In this document: one piece after another, positions 61,101 through 64,000 of the stretch | Layout: the number at the start of each line of letters is the position of its first letter | Numbering within the stretch: the first letter of the stretch is position 1 | Origin: Heptranchias perlo | Lineage: Eukaryota | Assembly: GCF_035084215.1 (NCBI RefSeq) | Contig: NC_090340.1 | Coordinates: 15,562,001 to 15,626,000, forward strand | Direction of reading: 5' to 3' | DNA: 64,000 nt | Program-made: the position numbers and the translations under genes | Notes under the pieces: model-generated | Database searches by the model: none | What the model was told of the DNA's origin: nothing | The model's input: the letters and a program-made list of their open reading frames with translations, nothing else

Positions 61101-63152
61101 ATGGTGGGGATATCGGGAGGAGGCTGAGATGGATCATCCACTCGGCACTTCTGGCTGAAGATGGTTGCAAACACTTCAGCCTTGTCTTTTGCACTCACGT
61201 GCTGGACTCCGCCATCATTGAGGATGGGGATGTTTGCAGAGCCTCCTCCTCCCGTTAGTTGTTTAATTGTCCACCACCATTCACGACTGGATGTGGCAGG
61301 ACTGCAGAGCTTTGATCTGATCCGTTGGTTGTGGAATCGCTTAACTCTGTCTATAGCATGTTGCTTCCGCTGTTTAGCATGCATGTAGTCCTGAGTTGTA
61401 GCTTCACCAGGTTGGCACCTCATTTTTTTTAGGTACGCCTGGTGCTGCTCCTGGCATGCTCTTCTACACTCCTCATTGAACCAGGGTTGATCCCCTGGCT
61501 TGTTGGTAATGGTAGAGTGAGGAATATGCCGGGCCATGAGGTTACAGATTGTGCTGGAATACAATTCTGCTGCTGCTGATGGCCCACAGCGCCTCATGGA
61601 TGCCCAGTTTTGAGCTGCTAGATCTGTTCTGAATCTATCCCATTTAGCACGGTGGTAGTGCCACATGACACGTTGGATAGTGTCCTCAGTGCGAAGACGG
61701 GACTTCAACTCCACGAGGACTGTGCGGTGGTCACTACTACCAATACTGTCATGGACAGATGCATTTGCGACAGGTAGATTGGTGAGGACGAGGTCAAGTA
61801 AGTTTTTCCCTCGTGTTGGTTTGCTCACCACCTGCCGCAGGCCCAGTCTAGCAGCTATGTCCTTCAGGACCCGGCCAGCTCGGTCAGTAGTGGTGCTGCC
61901 GAGCCACTCTTGGTGATGGACATTGAAGTCCCCCACCCAGAGTAACAAAGAGGGTAGATGAGGGCAATGCAGTTGATGTGGTGTATATGGACTTTCAAAA
62001 GGCATTTGATAAAGTGCCGCACGGCAGACTTATCTTAAAGATCATGGCCCATGGAATAAAGGGGGCAGTAGCAACATGGATACAGAATTGGCTGAGGGAC
62101 ATGAAATAGAAAGTAGTGGTGAACAGTTGTTTTTCAGACTGGAGGCAGGTATGCAGTAGTGTTCCCCAGGGGTCAGTGCTGGGACCACTGCTTTTCTTGA
62201 TATATATTAATGACTTGGACTTGGGTGTACAGGGCACAATTTCAAAACTTGCAGATGACACAAAACTTGGAAGGGTAGTAAACAGTGAGGAGGATAGTGA
62301 TAAACTTCAAGAGGATATAGACAGGCTGGTGGCATGGGCGGACACGTGGCAGATGAAATTTTATGCAGAAAAGTATCAAGTGATACATTTTCGTAGGATG
62401 AAAGAGGAGAGGCAATATAGACTAGAGGGCACAATTCTAAAAGGGGTTATAGGAACAGAGAGATCTGGGGGTTTATGAGCACAAATCATTGAAGGTGGCA
62501 GGGCAGGTTGAGAAAGTGGTTAAAGAAGCATACGGGATCCTGGGCTTTATAAATAGAGGCATAGAGTGCAAAAGTATGGAAGTCATGATGAACCTTTAAC
62601 TGGAGTATTGTGTCCAGTTCTGGGCATCGCACTTTAGGAAAGATGTGAAGTCCTTAGAGAGAGTGCAGAAGAGATTTACTAGAATGATTCCAGGGATGAG
62701 GGACTTTGTTACGTGGATAGACTGGAGAAGCTGGGGTTGTGCTCCTTGGAACAGAGAAGGTTGCGAGGAGATTTGATAGAGGTATTCAAAATCATAAAGG
62801 GTCTAAACAGAGTAGATAGAGAGAAACTGTTCCCATTGGTGGAAGGGTCAAAGAGCAGAGGACATAGATTTAAGGTGATTGGTAAAAGAACCAAAGGTGA
62901 CATGAGGAGAAACCTTTTTACACAGTGAGTGGTTAGGATCTGGAATGCACTGCCCGAAGGGGTGGTGGAGGCAGATTCAGCCATGGCCTTCAAAAGGGAA
63001 CTGGATAAGTACTTGAAAGGAAAAAATTTGCAGGGCTATGGAGAAAGGACGGGGGAGTGGGACTAGCTGGATTGCTCTTGCATAGAGCCGGCGTGGACTT
63101 GATGGGCCGAATGGCCTCCTTCCATAACCTTTCTATGATTTTATGATTCTAT
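58195..63152 (+). mobile_element. CR1 LINE (58195-59455 + 61944-63152) interrupted by a young Zenon-like LINE
   Basis: Frame breaks at NLLEFFD and resumes at VTKRVDEGNAVDVVYMDFQKAFD; 3' tail at 63130-63152. Confidence 0.93.
59456..61943 (-). mobile_element. Young Zenon-like LINE, 5'-truncated within APE, near-intact APE-RT frame
   Basis: 824-aa ORF with GDFN, SDH, NYRPISLLS, QFGFR, ALDIKAAFDRVWH, QGSVLGP, FADD; (TAAA)n-type 3' tail. The first ~20 aa of the track ORF come from the host CR1 antisense. Confidence 0.97.
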
Positions 63153-63494
63153 ATGTGTGGATCTTTCTGTGAGGACGCTGTATAGTGGATCACTGACTAT
63201 GTTTGTTGGCAGCAATCTATAAATCGATAAGGTCAGGAGAATTGTCTCTTTATATACTGCCCTCTCAACGTGAAATAGGCTACATCAAATGAGGGACCAT
63301 GTGGAAAAATTGACGATTATTTTCAGCTGTAATAGAGAATAATGCTATCTGTCAGAAAATTCTCACTGTGCGTAATGTCATCCAGTATATTAGATTATAC
63401 ATTTGAAAGGAACAATGGACATGTTATAGAAGAAGACACCACTAGGAAAATTAGCACAAGAAATAGAAAGAAAAAAGAAAGAAGGTAAAAGAAA

Positions 63495-63900
63495 GAACTT
63501 GTATTGATATAGCTCAATTCACAACCTCAGGACATCCCAAAGTGCTTTACAGCCAACAAAGTACTTTTGAAGTGTATTCACTGTTGTAATGTAGGAAACA
63601 TGGCAGCCATGTCGCATACAGCAATGTCCCGCAAATAGCAATATTATAATGACCAGATAATTAGTGATGTTGGTTGAGGGGTAAATATTGGCCAGAACAC
63701 CGGCAATATGATGCAGGATTATGCTCTGAGGAACCTCTCTCTCTCCTTTTCACTCACATAGTTACTTTCAAGGAAACAAGAGAAATAACGGGCTACTACC
63801 AGTGTCCTCATGTACCACGGCTGGCTGCCACAGCCCTAGAGATGGTATGTAAACATTAGTGATGTCAGATTAATTGGAACTCAGGATCCAGAAGTGCAAC
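63495..63900 (-). mobile_element. DeuSINE-like/L2-tailed SINE remnant
   Basis: CACAACCTCAGGACATCCCAAAGTGCTTTACAGCCAA..TTTTGAAGTGTA mirrors the SINE tail at 7220-7320. Confidence 0.6.
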
Positions 63901-64000
63901 TCCGATGCGTGCTGGGATGACACTCCAATTGCAGGTTGCAGACACAGTGTAAATGTAGTCCTATATAGTTGGGGGGGGGGCGGTGGTCAGAAGTGCAGAG

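Noticed and set aside
59531-62005. 824-aa ORF as a host gene or complete active LINE
   Set aside because: It is a 5'-truncated LINE ORF: it begins mid-APE, its nominal start comes from the host CR1 antisense, and the C-terminus appears frameshifted relative to the other copies.

Overview
Repeat-dense vertebrate genomic DNA; the repeat families point to a cartilaginous fish (shark-like), though this is inferred. (1) Minus strand: coding exons 1-5 of OGFOD1 (prolyl 3-hydroxylase; the gene runs off the left edge). Its promoter has a ZNF143-type motif and abuts a ~1.05 kb, 31-bp-unit minisatellite that explains the long overlapping ORFs at 9.4-11.1 kb. No NUDT21 (the human head-to-head partner) is visible upstream. 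(2) Plus strand, 36.0-44.1 kb: a disabled Ig-superfamily gene with leader, germline-joined VJ-type V exon (split by a LINE), C1-set exon, TM exon with an Arg and a very short tail, i.e. a non-rearranging antigen-receptor-like pseudogene. (3) Most of the rest is nested CR1 and L2 LINEs, Penelope-like elements with hammerhead motifs, SINEs, Harbinger-type elements/MITEs, a probable solo LTR and several local inverted or direct duplications. The most unusual signal is a second CR1-superfamily LINE family (4 copies). Its 5'-complete copy begins with a tRNA-like A-box/B-box head and goes directly into the APE-RT ORF with no ORF1, and its sense strand is almost free of T-runs, suggesting a protein-coding LINE transcribed by RNA polymerase III. 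All of this is read by eye; repeat boundaries are approximate.
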